Of a stretch of 64,000 bases of DNA, positions 9,325 to 19,894 are shown one piece after another. The DNA lies in assembly GCA_048940925.1 (NCBI GenBank), contig JBHLOC010000014.1:15184-79183 (forward strand), in the 5' to 3' direction. The DNA comes from Promethearchaeota archaeon (GTDB taxonomy: Archaea > Asgardarchaeota > Lokiarchaeia > Sigyniarchaeales > SOKP01). How positions within the stretch are numbered: the first letter of the stretch is position 1; each line of letters opens with the position of its first letter. A model generated the notes under the pieces. It was not told the DNA's origin. It worked only from the letters and a program-made list of their open reading frames with translations, and did no database searches. The position numbers and the translations under genes are program-made.

Positions 9325-10785
9325 TTATAAATCTTTAGTTACTCTTTTTTTCTCATAGATGTCAAATAGGGCTGGCATAAACAACCTATTTAATTTTTTA
9401 TATATTTTAACATTCTGTTTGATAGGCTCCTTAATATCAACGAATCTTACCATATTATCAATAGCTTTTTTATAACTCTCGTACTTTTGTGCACCATAAA
9501 AACCTAAAATAGCAGCACCCATAGCAGCACCATCTTTTTCTTCAGGGATCATAATTTTCCTCGTAGTTATATCTGCTAATATTTGTGCCCATAATGGACT
9601 ATTCATTGCTCCACCGTCTGCTTTTACTTCTGAGGCTTTATTACCACCCATAGCTTCTAAAATTTGGAGATACATCTGAGCACTTAAGGCAGCAGATTCC
9701 ATGATTGCTCGGATCATATGTGCTCTCGTATGATTCCATCCTAATCCATGAATAGTACCTTTTCTAAACATATATAGTGGTAGAAAAAGTAAACCTTCAC
9801 TACCAGGTGGTATTGTTGATGCTTCATTTGATAAAATGTCATAAATATTTATTTGTTTCTCAAGGCTTTCTTTAATTTGTAATTGAGAAAAATTATCTTT
9901 AAACCACTTCATAGCTGATCCTGTCCCTGGCATTATACCCTCAATAGTCCATTTTCCCTTGATAGGTAAAGGGAAGGAAAAAATAGGAATATCTCCTGCT
10001 GGTTTTATTGGTTTATCAGTAACATAATTTATAAAAGTGCCAGTTCCTAAGGTTATTTTAGCTTGACCCTTTTCTATAACTCCTAATCCTAAAGCAGCAC
10101 ATTGCTGATCCCCACTTCCCATAATTACGGGGATATTATTCGGTAAGCCCAACTCTTTTGCTGCATTCGAGTTAAGTTGACCAACAACCTCACCAGGTGT
10201 ATATAGGTCAGGCCATAATTTAATAGGGATATCATAACGTTCCGCTAATCCTTCATCCCACTTTAACGTTTCTAAATTGAGAATTCCGAAAGTTCCATTA
10301 GTTGAGTCTGTTATGAATACATTACATAGTTTATTATAAATGAATGTGTCTGCAAAAGCAATTTTATAAATTCTTTCATATAAATTTGGTTTATTTTCCT
10401 TTATCCACAAAATTTTAGGTAATGCTCTTCTCAGCCCTCCTTCTTGGTCCACCCATTTTTTAGCACTTGACTCATTTCTTTCATCTAACCATGTTAATGC
10501 TTGATGTAAAGGATTCCCATTATTATCCAAAAATGATAAAGTTTCTCTAAGAAATGCCCCAGATATACCTACAATATCAGAAACATTAATTTTTTGTGCA
10601 ATATTATTGCAAGTTTTTTTAATAGCATTCCACCAGATCAGAGGATCTTGTTCAGAAATTCCTACTGGTTGTTTAGGAACTAGATATTCTTCATAATCCT
10701 TTGCTATTTCATTACCATTGATGTCAAAAATTATCGTTCTAGCTCCAGTTGTTCCCACATCAAACACGCATATCAAATCGCTCAT
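9325..10785 (-). CDS. FGGY-family carbohydrate kinase
   Basis: FDVGTTGAR, WLDER, GDQQCAALG, LGTGT, DGGAMNSPLWAQILAD. Confidence 0.92.
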   Translation of the reverse strand: MSDLICVFDVGTTGARTIIFDINGNEIAKDYEEYLVPKQPVGISEQDPLIWWNAIKKTCNNIAQKINVSDIVGISGAFLRETLSFLDNNGNPLHQALTWLDERNESSAKKWVDQEGGLRRALPKILWIKENKPNLYERIYKIAFADTFIYNKLCNVFITDSTNGTFGILNLETLKWDEGLAERYDIPIKLWPDLYTPGEVVGQLNSNAAKELGLPNNIPVIMGSGDQQCAALGLGVIEKGQAKITLGTGTFINYVTDKPIKPAGDIPIFSFPLPIKGKWTIEGIMPGTGSAMKWFKDNFSQLQIKESLEKQINIYDILSNEASTIPPGSEGLLFLPLYMFRKGTIHGLGWNHTRAHMIRAIMESAALSAQMYLQILEAMGGNKASEVKADGGAMNSPLWAQILADITTRKIMIPEEKDGAAMGAAILGFYGAQKYESYKKAIDNMVRFVDIKEPIKQNVKIYKKLNRLFMPALFDIYEKKRVTKDL

Positions 10786-10822
10786 ATAATCACTCTATTG
10801 AAATATTTACTCTTACTTCTTT

Positions 10823-12088
10823 TTATATTACTTTTATTAATAATTCAGATATATCTACTATATTATACTTTTCTTTTTCTGTAGCATTAATACCATATGC
10901 TAAACCTAATTCACACAAAGGACAAGCTGAAATGAAATTTTTTGCCCCAGTTTCTTTTAATTCATTAATTCTATTTTGAGCTTCCTTAACAGCTAATTCT
11001 TTGTCTGCCCAGTGAGCGGTTCCGCTCCATCCACAACAATGTACATATTCTTTATTAAAAATTGGCTCATAAATTTCTAATTTGGGAATTCTATTGAGGA
11101 TATTTCTTATTGATTTTATGTCATTTAGATTTCTTGATATAAGACAAGGATCGTGGATTGTTATTTTTTTATATTTGTCAGGGATATTTTTATTAATTTT
11201 TAACTTTCCCTCCTCTAATAATTTATTGATATACTGAACTGTATGAACTATCTCAACATTAAGGCTAATTCCAACTTTTTTATACCTGTTTTTAAGAGTT
11301 ATAACGCAACCAGGACAATCTGAAATAATAATCTTTGCACCTGTGGATTCGATGAGTTCTTTATTTTTATCAGCAAACTCTTTAGCTGTTTCTAAATCTC
11401 TTATATTAAAAGCTGGTCCACCACAACACACTTTTTTAGTTAAATTGGTTGAAAATTTAATATTTGCTCTTTTCAAAATATTAATATTTGCTTTTATTAC
11501 TTCTGGAAATTTCATTGACTCGCAGCCAATATAATAAAATATGTCATCCTTTCCATCAGTTTCAATGTTTTCTATTCCCTTTTCTTTAAAAGTTTCATAA
11601 ATATTATAACCTTCTATAGTTTTTGATTCTTTCAATTTCTTTATCTGTTCTTTACAAAAATCTGGCATAAATCCTTTAGTATTAATATCTTCACGTACAC
11701 TTTCAAGCAAGGATACTACTGAAAAATCAAAAGGACACCATATTTTACATGATTCTTCATTTGTACATTTATACATCAAATTTACAAATTCAGATTCAGT
11801 ATAATCTATTTTTCCAATAGTTAAATAATATCCTATTCTTGTTTTATATGTAGGGCTCATTGTTTCAGTTAACGATGCCTGCAATGTCCCGCAATCAAAT
11901 CTACACATATTTGGGCAAAGCATACATTTTATTAAATTATCTACATCAGCTTTAACTTCCTCTTTAGGAAAGAAGTTTTTCTTCCTCTGTCTAAAATTTT
12001 TCATTAAAACAGATCTAGCGTCTCTATCTGCTTTTTGAAGAAATGGTATCATCCACTTATACTTTTTTAGTGTTTCTTCAATGCCCAT
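10823..12088 (-). CDS. Fe-S oxidoreductase with CCG domains (GlpC/GlcF/HdrD-like)
   Basis: CMLCPNMCRFDC, CTNEESCKIWCP, VCCG, DCPGC, HDPC, HCCG, ACPLC; GAGGTGA SD 7 nt upstream. Confidence 0.88.
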   Translation of the reverse strand: MGIEETLKKYKWMIPFLQKADRDARSVLMKNFRQRKKNFFPKEEVKADVDNLIKCMLCPNMCRFDCGTLQASLTETMSPTYKTRIGYYLTIGKIDYTESEFVNLMYKCTNEESCKIWCPFDFSVVSLLESVREDINTKGFMPDFCKEQIKKLKESKTIEGYNIYETFKEKGIENIETDGKDDIFYYIGCESMKFPEVIKANINILKRANIKFSTNLTKKVCCGGPAFNIRDLETAKEFADKNKELIESTGAKIIISDCPGCVITLKNRYKKVGISLNVEIVHTVQYINKLLEEGKLKINKNIPDKYKKITIHDPCLISRNLNDIKSIRNILNRIPKLEIYEPIFNKEYVHCCGWSGTAHWADKELAVKEAQNRINELKETGAKNFISACPLCELGLAYGINATEKEKYNIVDISELLIKVI

Positions 12089-13567
12089 TTAATTCTCACC
12101 TCGTTCCCAAGTATCTACATAAATTTTACCGGGATTTAGAATATTGTTTGGATCGATAAGATGCTTAATTTGTCTCAAGACCTTCATAGCATTTCCCCAT
12201 TCTTCGTCCATCCAATGAGCTCTATTTATTCCTATCCCATGATGATGAGCAATTGTTCCACCTCCTTCAATTACAGCTTTAATTGTGGTATCCCAGCATT
12301 CTTGATAGAATTCTAAATCTGTTTTTCCTTTTAGTGGTACACCACCAAAGGTAAAATAAATACCAACTCCATTTGGATAAAAATGAGAGACATGTCCTGT
12401 GATCATTAACATTCCTTTTATTCTATTCATTGATTCTATAACAGAATGATAAATAGTTGGCGCATTATCCCATAAAGACGCTATTTCAAGAGTATCAAAT
12501 ACAATTTTATAAGGAGGCATGGAAGATGTTTCAGTCACTCTAAATCTAGTTTCAAACCAATGTTCCACTGGATGATACCCACAATCTACGCCTAATGAAT
12601 AGATACATTTTTCTCTTGTAATTGCTTCCTCAAGATCAACGAGATTTGAATTACCTTCACATACGAATATAACCATCACTTTATTTTTTGCATTTTCCAC
12701 ATCTGGGAAATGTCTTTCGGTTTCAAATTTATCATAGATTCTTATAACTGCTGGATATATGTGTTCTCTTAGTATTAATCTAATTGCTTCAAAAGAATTT
12801 TCTATAGTTGGAAAAGCATATGAGATTAATGTTCTTTTCTCAGGATAAGGCCAAATCTTTAAAGTTGCTTTAGTAATGACACCTAATGTACCTTCTCCAC
12901 CAATAAAGAATTTATCAAGTTGAGGTCCTGTTGCCGCTCCAGCAATTGTTTTAAAATTGATAATTTCACCTTGAGGTAAAACTATCTCCATTCCTAAAAC
13001 CATATCTTCTATTTTTCCATATTTAGTACTGAATTGACCAGCAGCACGATTCGATATCCATCCACCTAAAGAGGATATGTTGATTGATTGAGGTATATGA
13101 CCGGTAGTATATCCTTTAGCATTTAAATAACGTTCTAAATTCATCCCATTTATCCCAGTTTGGGCAGTAACAGTTAAATTCTTATCATTTATTTCCAGTA
13201 TTTTATTAAATTTTTTCATATCAATAATAATTCCACCATAGAGGGGTATAGCTCCCCCAACAACCCCTGATCCCTCAGAATATGGAATAATTGGTATTTT
13301 TTCCTGATTTGCAAGCTTTAAAATCTCAGAAATTTGTTCTACAGTTTCAGGCCAGGTTATAATTTCCGGTAATCCTGCTATTTTCCCTTGAATTGTCCAA
13401 TTAAATGTTAAAAGCGTTGTATCTTTTGTATATGCTAATAAATCTATTTCACTTACAGATATGTTTTGATCTCCAACAATCTCACTTAATTTGGATATGA
13501 TATTTGATTTATTTTCTATCTTAACTCTATTTTTTTTATAAACTAACTCAAAATCTTTTAAATCCAT
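12089..13567 (-). CDS. FAD-linked oxidase, alkyl-dihydroxyacetonephosphate synthase (ADPS)-like
   Basis: GHIPQS..SSLGGWISNRAAGQFSTKYGKIEDMV, GGEGTLGVIT, HHHGIG, DPNNILNPGK. Confidence 0.85.
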   Translation of the reverse strand: MDLKDFELVYKKNRVKIENKSNIISKLSEIVGDQNISVSEIDLLAYTKDTTLLTFNWTIQGKIAGLPEIITWPETVEQISEILKLANQEKIPIIPYSEGSGVVGGAIPLYGGIIIDMKKFNKILEINDKNLTVTAQTGINGMNLERYLNAKGYTTGHIPQSINISSLGGWISNRAAGQFSTKYGKIEDMVLGMEIVLPQGEIINFKTIAGAATGPQLDKFFIGGEGTLGVITKATLKIWPYPEKRTLISYAFPTIENSFEAIRLILREHIYPAVIRIYDKFETERHFPDVENAKNKVMVIFVCEGNSNLVDLEEAITREKCIYSLGVDCGYHPVEHWFETRFRVTETSSMPPYKIVFDTLEIASLWDNAPTIYHSVIESMNRIKGMLMITGHVSHFYPNGVGIYFTFGGVPLKGKTDLEFYQECWDTTIKAVIEGGGTIAHHHGIGINRAHWMDEEWGNAMKVLRQIKHLIDPNNILNPGKIYVDTWERGEN

Positions 13568-13689
13568 AAAAAACCAGCTTGAGTTTTAAATAATTATCAT
13601 ACTAAAATGATTATAGTAAATTTAAAATTCCTATTTTAAAAATTAGATAGAAGGAATCTTCTTGTAAAAAATACTGAGTCCACACACTA

Positions 13690-13839
13690 TTAATAAATTG
13701 GATTTCCAGTAAACCTTTCAACTTTTAAATGTCTAAATCTTGCTTTAGTTCGAATTATTTATCTACACCCAGTGATTGTTTCAATAATTTCTTGCGGAAT
13801 TAAACACCTTACAAGATGTATGATCATTTATCTAGTCTC
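13690..13839 (-). pseudogene. Degenerate 3' fragment paralogous to the C-terminus of CDS 41361..42839
   Basis: Minus strand reads ETR*MIIHLVRCLIPQEIIETITGV*, then in a shifted frame IIRTKARFRHLKVERFTGNPIY*. Intact paralog ends ENKQMIIHLANYLFPEECVNSILKSEEIPRINLRLRHLKVNRITGETIY*. Confidence 0.8.
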
Positions 13840-14100
13840 TTTATAGTATGAAAGAAATAAAGTGAATAAATCTATTTTTATGTTTGCTTAAAGAAAGATG
13901 TAAAAAAAATTGAGACTTTATAATTTATAATTGATTTTAATTATTCAGAGGAAAGGAAAGGGGAAAATAAACTATTAAATATTGATAAATCAACCTTTTA
14001 AACGAATTAGAATACTTGAGAATTTCAGAAATTAAGTATAAAAAGTAAAATACTTTCTTATTCCTAGATCAAAATATATATTTAAGTAACAGTTAAGAAA

Positions 14101-15528
14101 ATGTCTCCTTCTACTCAAATTTTTGGAACCTCTGGAATACGTAAAATTTTTAAAAACTATTCAGAATCAGATCTTATGTTTACACCGCATATGGCTTTGG
14201 ATGTTGGCTTGGCATTAGGTACATATCTTAAGGGTAGAGGAACAGTTACTATTGGAAAAGACATTAGAATGTCTGCATTACCAATAGAACATGCATTAAT
14301 CTCTGGAATTATTAGTACTGGATGTAAAGTAAAGACATTAGGCATAATAACTACACCTACATTAGCTATGTTATCCGGTTATTTAAAAGCAGATGCAGGA
14401 GTCATGATCACTGCTTCCCATAACACTCCAGAATATATAGGACTGAAATTATGGAATCCTTCGGGTGTAGGATTTTCACCAGAACAAGAAGAAGAAATTT
14501 CACGGATTTATGATGAAAAAAGCTTCCTTCGTATTGGGTATGATCAAATTGGAAAAGTTACTCCTGTAAATGATGTAAATGATACACATATTTCCACAAT
14601 AATAAGTAAACTAAAATTTGATGGGAGTAATTTAAATATAATTGTTGATCCTGGAAATGGGTCAGGTTGTGATATTGTTCCAAGATTATTAACGAAGTTC
14701 GGCTGTAAAATCATAACTTTAAATGCTCAGATGGATGGAGCGTTTCCAGGTAGATTATCAGAACCAAGTGAAAAAAATTTAACTCAAATATCTAAATTTC
14801 TTCAAACATCTGAAGAATTAGATATTGGTATAGCTCTTGATGGAGATGCTGATAGAGTTATATTTTTAGATGAGAATGGTGTATTTGTGGATCCGATCCG
14901 TTTATTAGCACTTATGGCAAAACATTATATTCAAGAGAATGAGTTAACAAAAGAGGAAAAGAAAGTAGTAACACCGATAAATTCATCGAGTCTGATTGAA
15001 GATGTCTTAATTCCTCTTGGCTGTGAAGTTAAAAGAACAGAAGTAGGAGATATCAATGTCGCAATTAGTTTAAAAGAAAATGGAGGTTTCTTAGGTGGTG
15101 AAACTTCAGGTACTTATATTTGGCCTAGATTTCATTTTGGACCAGACTCTATTGTGACAATAGCGTATGTTTTGCAAATAATGATAAAAACAGAACAAAG
15201 CTTAAAAGAATTATTAAAAAAGATTCCTCAATATCCTTACTACGCTAAGAAATTCAAATTAAAAGAAGATGTCCCTTTTACAAAAGAGATTCACCAAAAA
15301 ATCATTGAAGAGATGAAAAGTTCATTTGAAGATTTAAATAAAGAGATAAAAAATATTAATTTGATGGATGGATGTAGATTTGATTATGAAGATGGATGGC
15401 TCTTAATTAGGAGATCTGGAACCAGCCCCTATTTAAGAATTTCGGGTGAAACCACAAAAGATATCAATCACTCGATTGAAATGAATAATAATGCAAAGAA
15501 AAAAATGCAAAAACTTAATTTAATTTAA
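14101..15528 (+). CDS. glmM: Phosphoglucosamine mutase / alpha-D-phosphohexomutase
   Basis: FGTSGIR, ITASHN, DGDADR, GGETSG, RRSGTSP; clustered with glmS and glmU-like genes. Confidence 0.85.
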   Translation: MSPSTQIFGTSGIRKIFKNYSESDLMFTPHMALDVGLALGTYLKGRGTVTIGKDIRMSALPIEHALISGIISTGCKVKTLGIITTPTLAMLSGYLKADAGVMITASHNTPEYIGLKLWNPSGVGFSPEQEEEISRIYDEKSFLRIGYDQIGKVTPVNDVNDTHISTIISKLKFDGSNLNIIVDPGNGSGCDIVPRLLTKFGCKIITLNAQMDGAFPGRLSEPSEKNLTQISKFLQTSEELDIGIALDGDADRVIFLDENGVFVDPIRLLALMAKHYIQENELTKEEKKVVTPINSSSLIEDVLIPLGCEVKRTEVGDINVAISLKENGGFLGGETSGTYIWPRFHFGPDSIVTIAYVLQIMIKTEQSLKELLKKIPQYPYYAKKFKLKEDVPFTKEIHQKIIEEMKSSFEDLNKEIKNINLMDGCRFDYEDGWLLIRRSGTSPYLRISGETTKDINHSIEMNNNAKKKMQKLNLI

Positions 15529-15533
15529 AAGTT

Positions 15534-16604
15534 TTAGGAAGGATATTCTTTTTCCATTTCTGGAAATGAATATAAGACTTTTTTATCTGGCATCGCTTCT
15601 TGCATAGCTTTGAGTTCCTCTTTACCTACTGTTAAAGGTAAGCTGATCTGACCTCCTTCAACTATGGAACGGCATAAACCCATCATAATGTCAAATCCTT
15701 TATATGCGCTTTCGAAGTTGCATTGATGAATCTTATCATCATCATCTAACCAGTCAGCGATTTCTTGGATATATGGAGGCATATCAAGGTCATAATTCAT
15801 GTTTCCTTCTCCAGACGCAGTACCATCTTTAGTAACTGCCCGCCAACCACCACCAGTTAAAACTTCCGCAAATCCTTCAGTCCCTTGAGCACCGATTCGA
15901 TTCTTACGCCACCAATAATCGACTTCTGGAACATCTGGTGCCCCCGCTCCACACTCAACAATACCTCGCACACCATTTGAAAAATGAATAAAACCTGCAA
16001 TATAATCAGGAGAAGTATGTATATCCGCAAATTTACTTTTTCCACTAGCTTGTCCTATTACCCATTCTGCATCTATATTATTATTGAACCAGCGAATATA
16101 ATCAATCAAATGAGTAAGCATATGCATCATCCAGCCTGTTGCTGTACCATATACTGTTTGTATTCGACCAAGAGCTCCACTTGCTATGATCTCTCTAACT
16201 TTTTGATAGTGTGTTCCATATCTATGTTGATGGCTTACTACTGCCCTAATTCCTGATTTATCAATTAATTTTTTTATCTCCATAGCTTCCTTACTAGACA
16301 TTGAGATTGGTTTTTCAAATGCAATCAATTGAGCTCCAGAGTCAATACCCATTTTGATCATTTCAAGACGAAGGTTTGGAGGTGTAGTAAAACAGAAAAC
16401 ATCAGGCTTTATAACTTTAACAAGATGAGCTGCATCCGTATTGGTCTGGGGATTATTTAGTTTTTTTGACCATTCTTCCAACCTCTTTTCATCAATATCA
16501 CATATTCCTGCTAAATCAAAATGATCATTAGCATGAAAATATGTAGCATGGTGGCCACCCCTCTTTCCCATACCTATTACAATAACTTTGTATTTATCTT
16601 TCAT
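15534..16604 (-). CDS. Gfo/Idh/MocA family oxidoreductase
   Basis: IGMGKRG Rossmann motif, FEKP, HLID. Confidence 0.88.
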   Translation of the reverse strand: MKDKYKVIVIGMGKRGGHHATYFHANDHFDLAGICDIDEKRLEEWSKKLNNPQTNTDAAHLVKVIKPDVFCFTTPPNLRLEMIKMGIDSGAQLIAFEKPISMSSKEAMEIKKLIDKSGIRAVVSHQHRYGTHYQKVREIIASGALGRIQTVYGTATGWMMHMLTHLIDYIRWFNNNIDAEWVIGQASGKSKFADIHTSPDYIAGFIHFSNGVRGIVECGAGAPDVPEVDYWWRKNRIGAQGTEGFAEVLTGGGWRAVTKDGTASGEGNMNYDLDMPPYIQEIADWLDDDDKIHQCNFESAYKGFDIMMGLCRSIVEGGQISLPLTVGKEELKAMQEAMPDKKVLYSFPEMEKEYPS

Positions 16605-16640
16605 AAAAATAACCTTACATTATCTAAAAAAATAAAAAAA

Positions 16641-17765
16641 TTATGATTTAGAATTATCCCATTCTAGGACCTTATCTATTACGTAATTTATTTCTTCAGC
16701 TAATAATTCTGGATACATTGGAAGTGAAATGCATCGTGCAGCATTCCACTCAGAATTTTCAAGGCGACCTACAATCCGTGCTTCTTTGTTCCATGGATAA
16801 CCCTCTTGCTGATGAATTGCGATAGGATAGTGGGTCTTTGCATCGATTTGGTTATCATTTAGATGTTTTAATAAATCATCTCTATCATTTGGATCTTTCG
16901 TATGGATTACATAAAGGTGAAAAACATGCCGATATCCTGGATTTGTGTAAGGTAAAATTATATTCTTTGCATCTTTTAAACTATCTGAATATTTTCTCGC
17001 AATTTCTATACGTGTATTAGTCCATTCTGTAATATGTTTAAGTTTAGTACTTAAAACTCCTGCATGTAAGTCATCTAAACGACTATTGAATCCTGGACTA
17101 TGATGTGAGCGCTTATTTGAACCATGATTACGCAATTTACGTACAGTATTATTAATTTCTTCATCATCAGTTAAAACAGCTCCAGCATCACCAAAAGTGC
17201 CAAGATTCTTTTGAGCAATAAAACTTATGGTAACAGCATTACTTTTCTCTCCTTGTATGAAATCCTTTCCTCGACCATCTATTCCCTGAGCATTATCTTC
17301 AATAACTAAGAGATTATGCTTTTTTGCGATTTCCCAAATGCTTTTCATATCTGCACATTGACCATATAAATGAACAGGTATTAATACTTTGGTTTTTGGG
17401 GTTATGGCAGCTTCTATTTTCGAAGGATCAATACAATGTGTTTGTGGATCACTGTCAACAAAAACCGCAGTTGCACCAGTTATCCAAATAGCCTCTGCTG
17501 TAGCAAAAAAAGTATTAGTTGTCGTAATACATTCGTCTCCTTTCCCTATACCAAGAGCTAATAATGATAACCAAATAGCATCTGTTCCGCTATTGACTCC
17601 AATTGCGTACTTAGAACCAAAATATTCAGAGAGTTCTTTTTCATACTTAGAGAGCATTGGCCCCTGCACGTATTTACCACTTTCTAAGACTTCTTGAATG
17701 TTTTTCTCAATTTCATCTTTAAGATTATGATATTGACGAATGTGTCCATAAAATCCTACTTTCAT
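16641..17765 (-). CDS. DegT/DnrJ/EryC1/StrS PLP-dependent sugar aminotransferase
   Basis: NSGTDA, PVHLYGQ, EDNAQ, SFIAQKNLGTFGDAG, GFNSRLD, SLPMYP. ATG at 17765 preferred over TTG at 17771. Confidence 0.92.
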   Translation of the reverse strand: MKVGFYGHIRQYHNLKDEIEKNIQEVLESGKYVQGPMLSKYEKELSEYFGSKYAIGVNSGTDAIWLSLLALGIGKGDECITTTNTFFATAEAIWITGATAVFVDSDPQTHCIDPSKIEAAITPKTKVLIPVHLYGQCADMKSIWEIAKKHNLLVIEDNAQGIDGRGKDFIQGEKSNAVTISFIAQKNLGTFGDAGAVLTDDEEINNTVRKLRNHGSNKRSHHSPGFNSRLDDLHAGVLSTKLKHITEWTNTRIEIARKYSDSLKDAKNIILPYTNPGYRHVFHLYVIHTKDPNDRDDLLKHLNDNQIDAKTHYPIAIHQQEGYPWNKEARIVGRLENSEWNAARCISLPMYPELLAEEINYVIDKVLEWDNSKS

Positions 17766-18037
17766 TATCAAACGCCTAATTTTTATTTTCTAAATTTTAA
17801 TTAAGAATAATGTAATATTAGGTAATTAATAGTTAAATTAAAATAATGGTGTTAATCTCCAGAAATTTTTATTAAATACTTAGGAGACTTAAGCTCAAGT
17901 CATTCTCTTCCTACAATTGAAAATATGTTTTTAATCTTTCAGAATAGTCTTAAAGAGTATATTGAGGGTTTCATAAAATATAATAGATTATTTTGATAAT
18001 ATTATCTTATATTCATTAATCTTAACAACTTTTTACG

Positions 18038-19891
18038 ATGTGTGGTATTTTTGGCTTAACTACTAATCAAGATGATATAAATATAGGTCCAATTATTTTT
18101 GAAGGGATAAAGCGTTTAGAATATCGGGGCTACGATTCTGCAGGAATAGTTGCACTGGCAAATTCCAAATTGTTTGTTAAAAAAGATGCTGGAAAAATAG
18201 ATGAAATTCATAAAAATCTTAAATTGGATAAATTTCCAAATGGATCTAAACTTGCTTTAGCTCATACTCGTTGGGCAACTCATGGAGCTCCAGAAAAAAA
18301 TAATAGTCACCCACATTTAGATTGTTTCGATAAAATTGCTGTAATACATAACGGAATACTCGAAAATTTTATGGAACTTAAACAAGAACTAAAATCTAAA
18401 GGACATATTTTTAAATCAGATACAGATACAGAGATTATTCCTCATTTAATTGAAGATTATATGAATATTAAGTTGGATTTTAAAGAAGCAGTAATTAAAG
18501 CTATTAATCGATGTAATGGAGCGTATGCTCTTGCAATTTGTCATGCTGATTATCCTAATACTATAATTGCTGTTAGGAGAGAATCTCCCCTAATTATTGG
18601 AATTGAAGAAGGGAAAACAACATATTGCGCTTCAGATATTCCTGCTTTTCTTTCATATACTCGTAATTGTTATATATTAGATGATGATGAAATGGCTGTG
18701 TTATCACCTGGTAGCGTTGAATTTTTTAATATTAAAAACAGTGATACTCCAATAAAAAAAAAAATGCAACATGTAGACTGGAAAATTGATGCTGCTGAAA
18801 AAGGTGGATACAAACATTTTATGTTAAAAGAGATCTATGAAGAACCAGCTGCTTTAAGACGCACATTGAAGATTTCTAAAGATAGACTTATAACTTTTGC
18901 AAAAATATTATTAAATGCCAAGAATATTTATATAACCGCTGCTGGAACTTCTTTTTATGCAGCATTAGCAGGTAAATTCATTATAACGCGATTTTTAGAT
19001 AAATATATAGAAGCTATTGAATGCTCTGAATTTCAAACTCAACTAGGTGAAGCCTTACAAGAAGATTCAGTAATTATCTCAATTTCACAATCTGGAGAAA
19101 CTATTGATCTGATAGAGCCTATTAGATGGGCAAAAGAAAAGAAAAGTGCAAAAATACTTTCCATTACAAATGTTGTAGGTTCAACACTTACTAGGCATTC
19201 TGATCAGGTAATAATTACTCAAGCAGGTCCAGAAATAGGAGTTGCTGCAACTAAAACATATGTAACTCAAGTTTTAACTCTTGCTTTAATTGCTTTAGAG
19301 ATAGCAAAATTAAGAAATTTATTAATGGAAGAAGATATAAATAAATATCATAAAGCTTTAAATTCCACTCCTCAAATCATTGAAAGATTTTTGGAGAAAA
19401 ACATTGAATTAATTAAATATATTGTAGCTAGTTTAGAACAAAATCTAAATTTTTTCTTTTTAGCGAGAGGAATTTCAATAGCAACAGCCAAGGAGGGTGG
19501 ATTGAAATTGAAAGAAGTTGCATGTCGCTTTATTGAAGGTTACTCCGCAGCACACGCAAAACATGGACCAATTTCTTTAGTAAGAGAAGGTTATCCTATA
19601 ATCTTTATTGCTCCACCTGATGAGACTTATGAACGGCTAATTAATAACGTGATGGAATTTAAAGCAAGAGGAGGTAAAATTATATCATTAGTAGTAGATG
19701 AAGATACAAAAATTACTGAATTGAGTGATATTACTATTCGAATTCCTCAACCCGGAGATAAATATCACAATATTTTTAGCCCTATAACTTTTATTCCTGC
19801 TCTTCAATTGTTGGCTTATTATGCTGCTTTAGAACATAATTTAGATCCTGATAAACCATTGAATTTAGCAAAAACTGTTACAGTACATTAG
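18038..19891 (+). CDS. glmS: Glutamine--fructose-6-phosphate aminotransferase
   Basis: MCGIFG, LEYRGYDSAG, HTRWATHG, SQSGET, GVAATKTY, LKLKE, NLAKTVT. Confidence 0.97.
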   Translation: MCGIFGLTTNQDDINIGPIIFEGIKRLEYRGYDSAGIVALANSKLFVKKDAGKIDEIHKNLKLDKFPNGSKLALAHTRWATHGAPEKNNSHPHLDCFDKIAVIHNGILENFMELKQELKSKGHIFKSDTDTEIIPHLIEDYMNIKLDFKEAVIKAINRCNGAYALAICHADYPNTIIAVRRESPLIIGIEEGKTTYCASDIPAFLSYTRNCYILDDDEMAVLSPGSVEFFNIKNSDTPIKKKMQHVDWKIDAAEKGGYKHFMLKEIYEEPAALRRTLKISKDRLITFAKILLNAKNIYITAAGTSFYAALAGKFIITRFLDKYIEAIECSEFQTQLGEALQEDSVIISISQSGETIDLIEPIRWAKEKKSAKILSITNVVGSTLTRHSDQVIITQAGPEIGVAATKTYVTQVLTLALIALEIAKLRNLLMEEDINKYHKALNSTPQIIERFLEKNIELIKYIVASLEQNLNFFFLARGISIATAKEGGLKLKEVACRFIEGYSAAHAKHGPISLVREGYPIIFIAPPDETYERLINNVMEFKARGGKIISLVVDEDTKITELSDITIRIPQPGDKYHNIFSPITFIPALQLLAYYAALEHNLDPDKPLNLAKTVTVH

Positions 19892-19894
19892 TTT

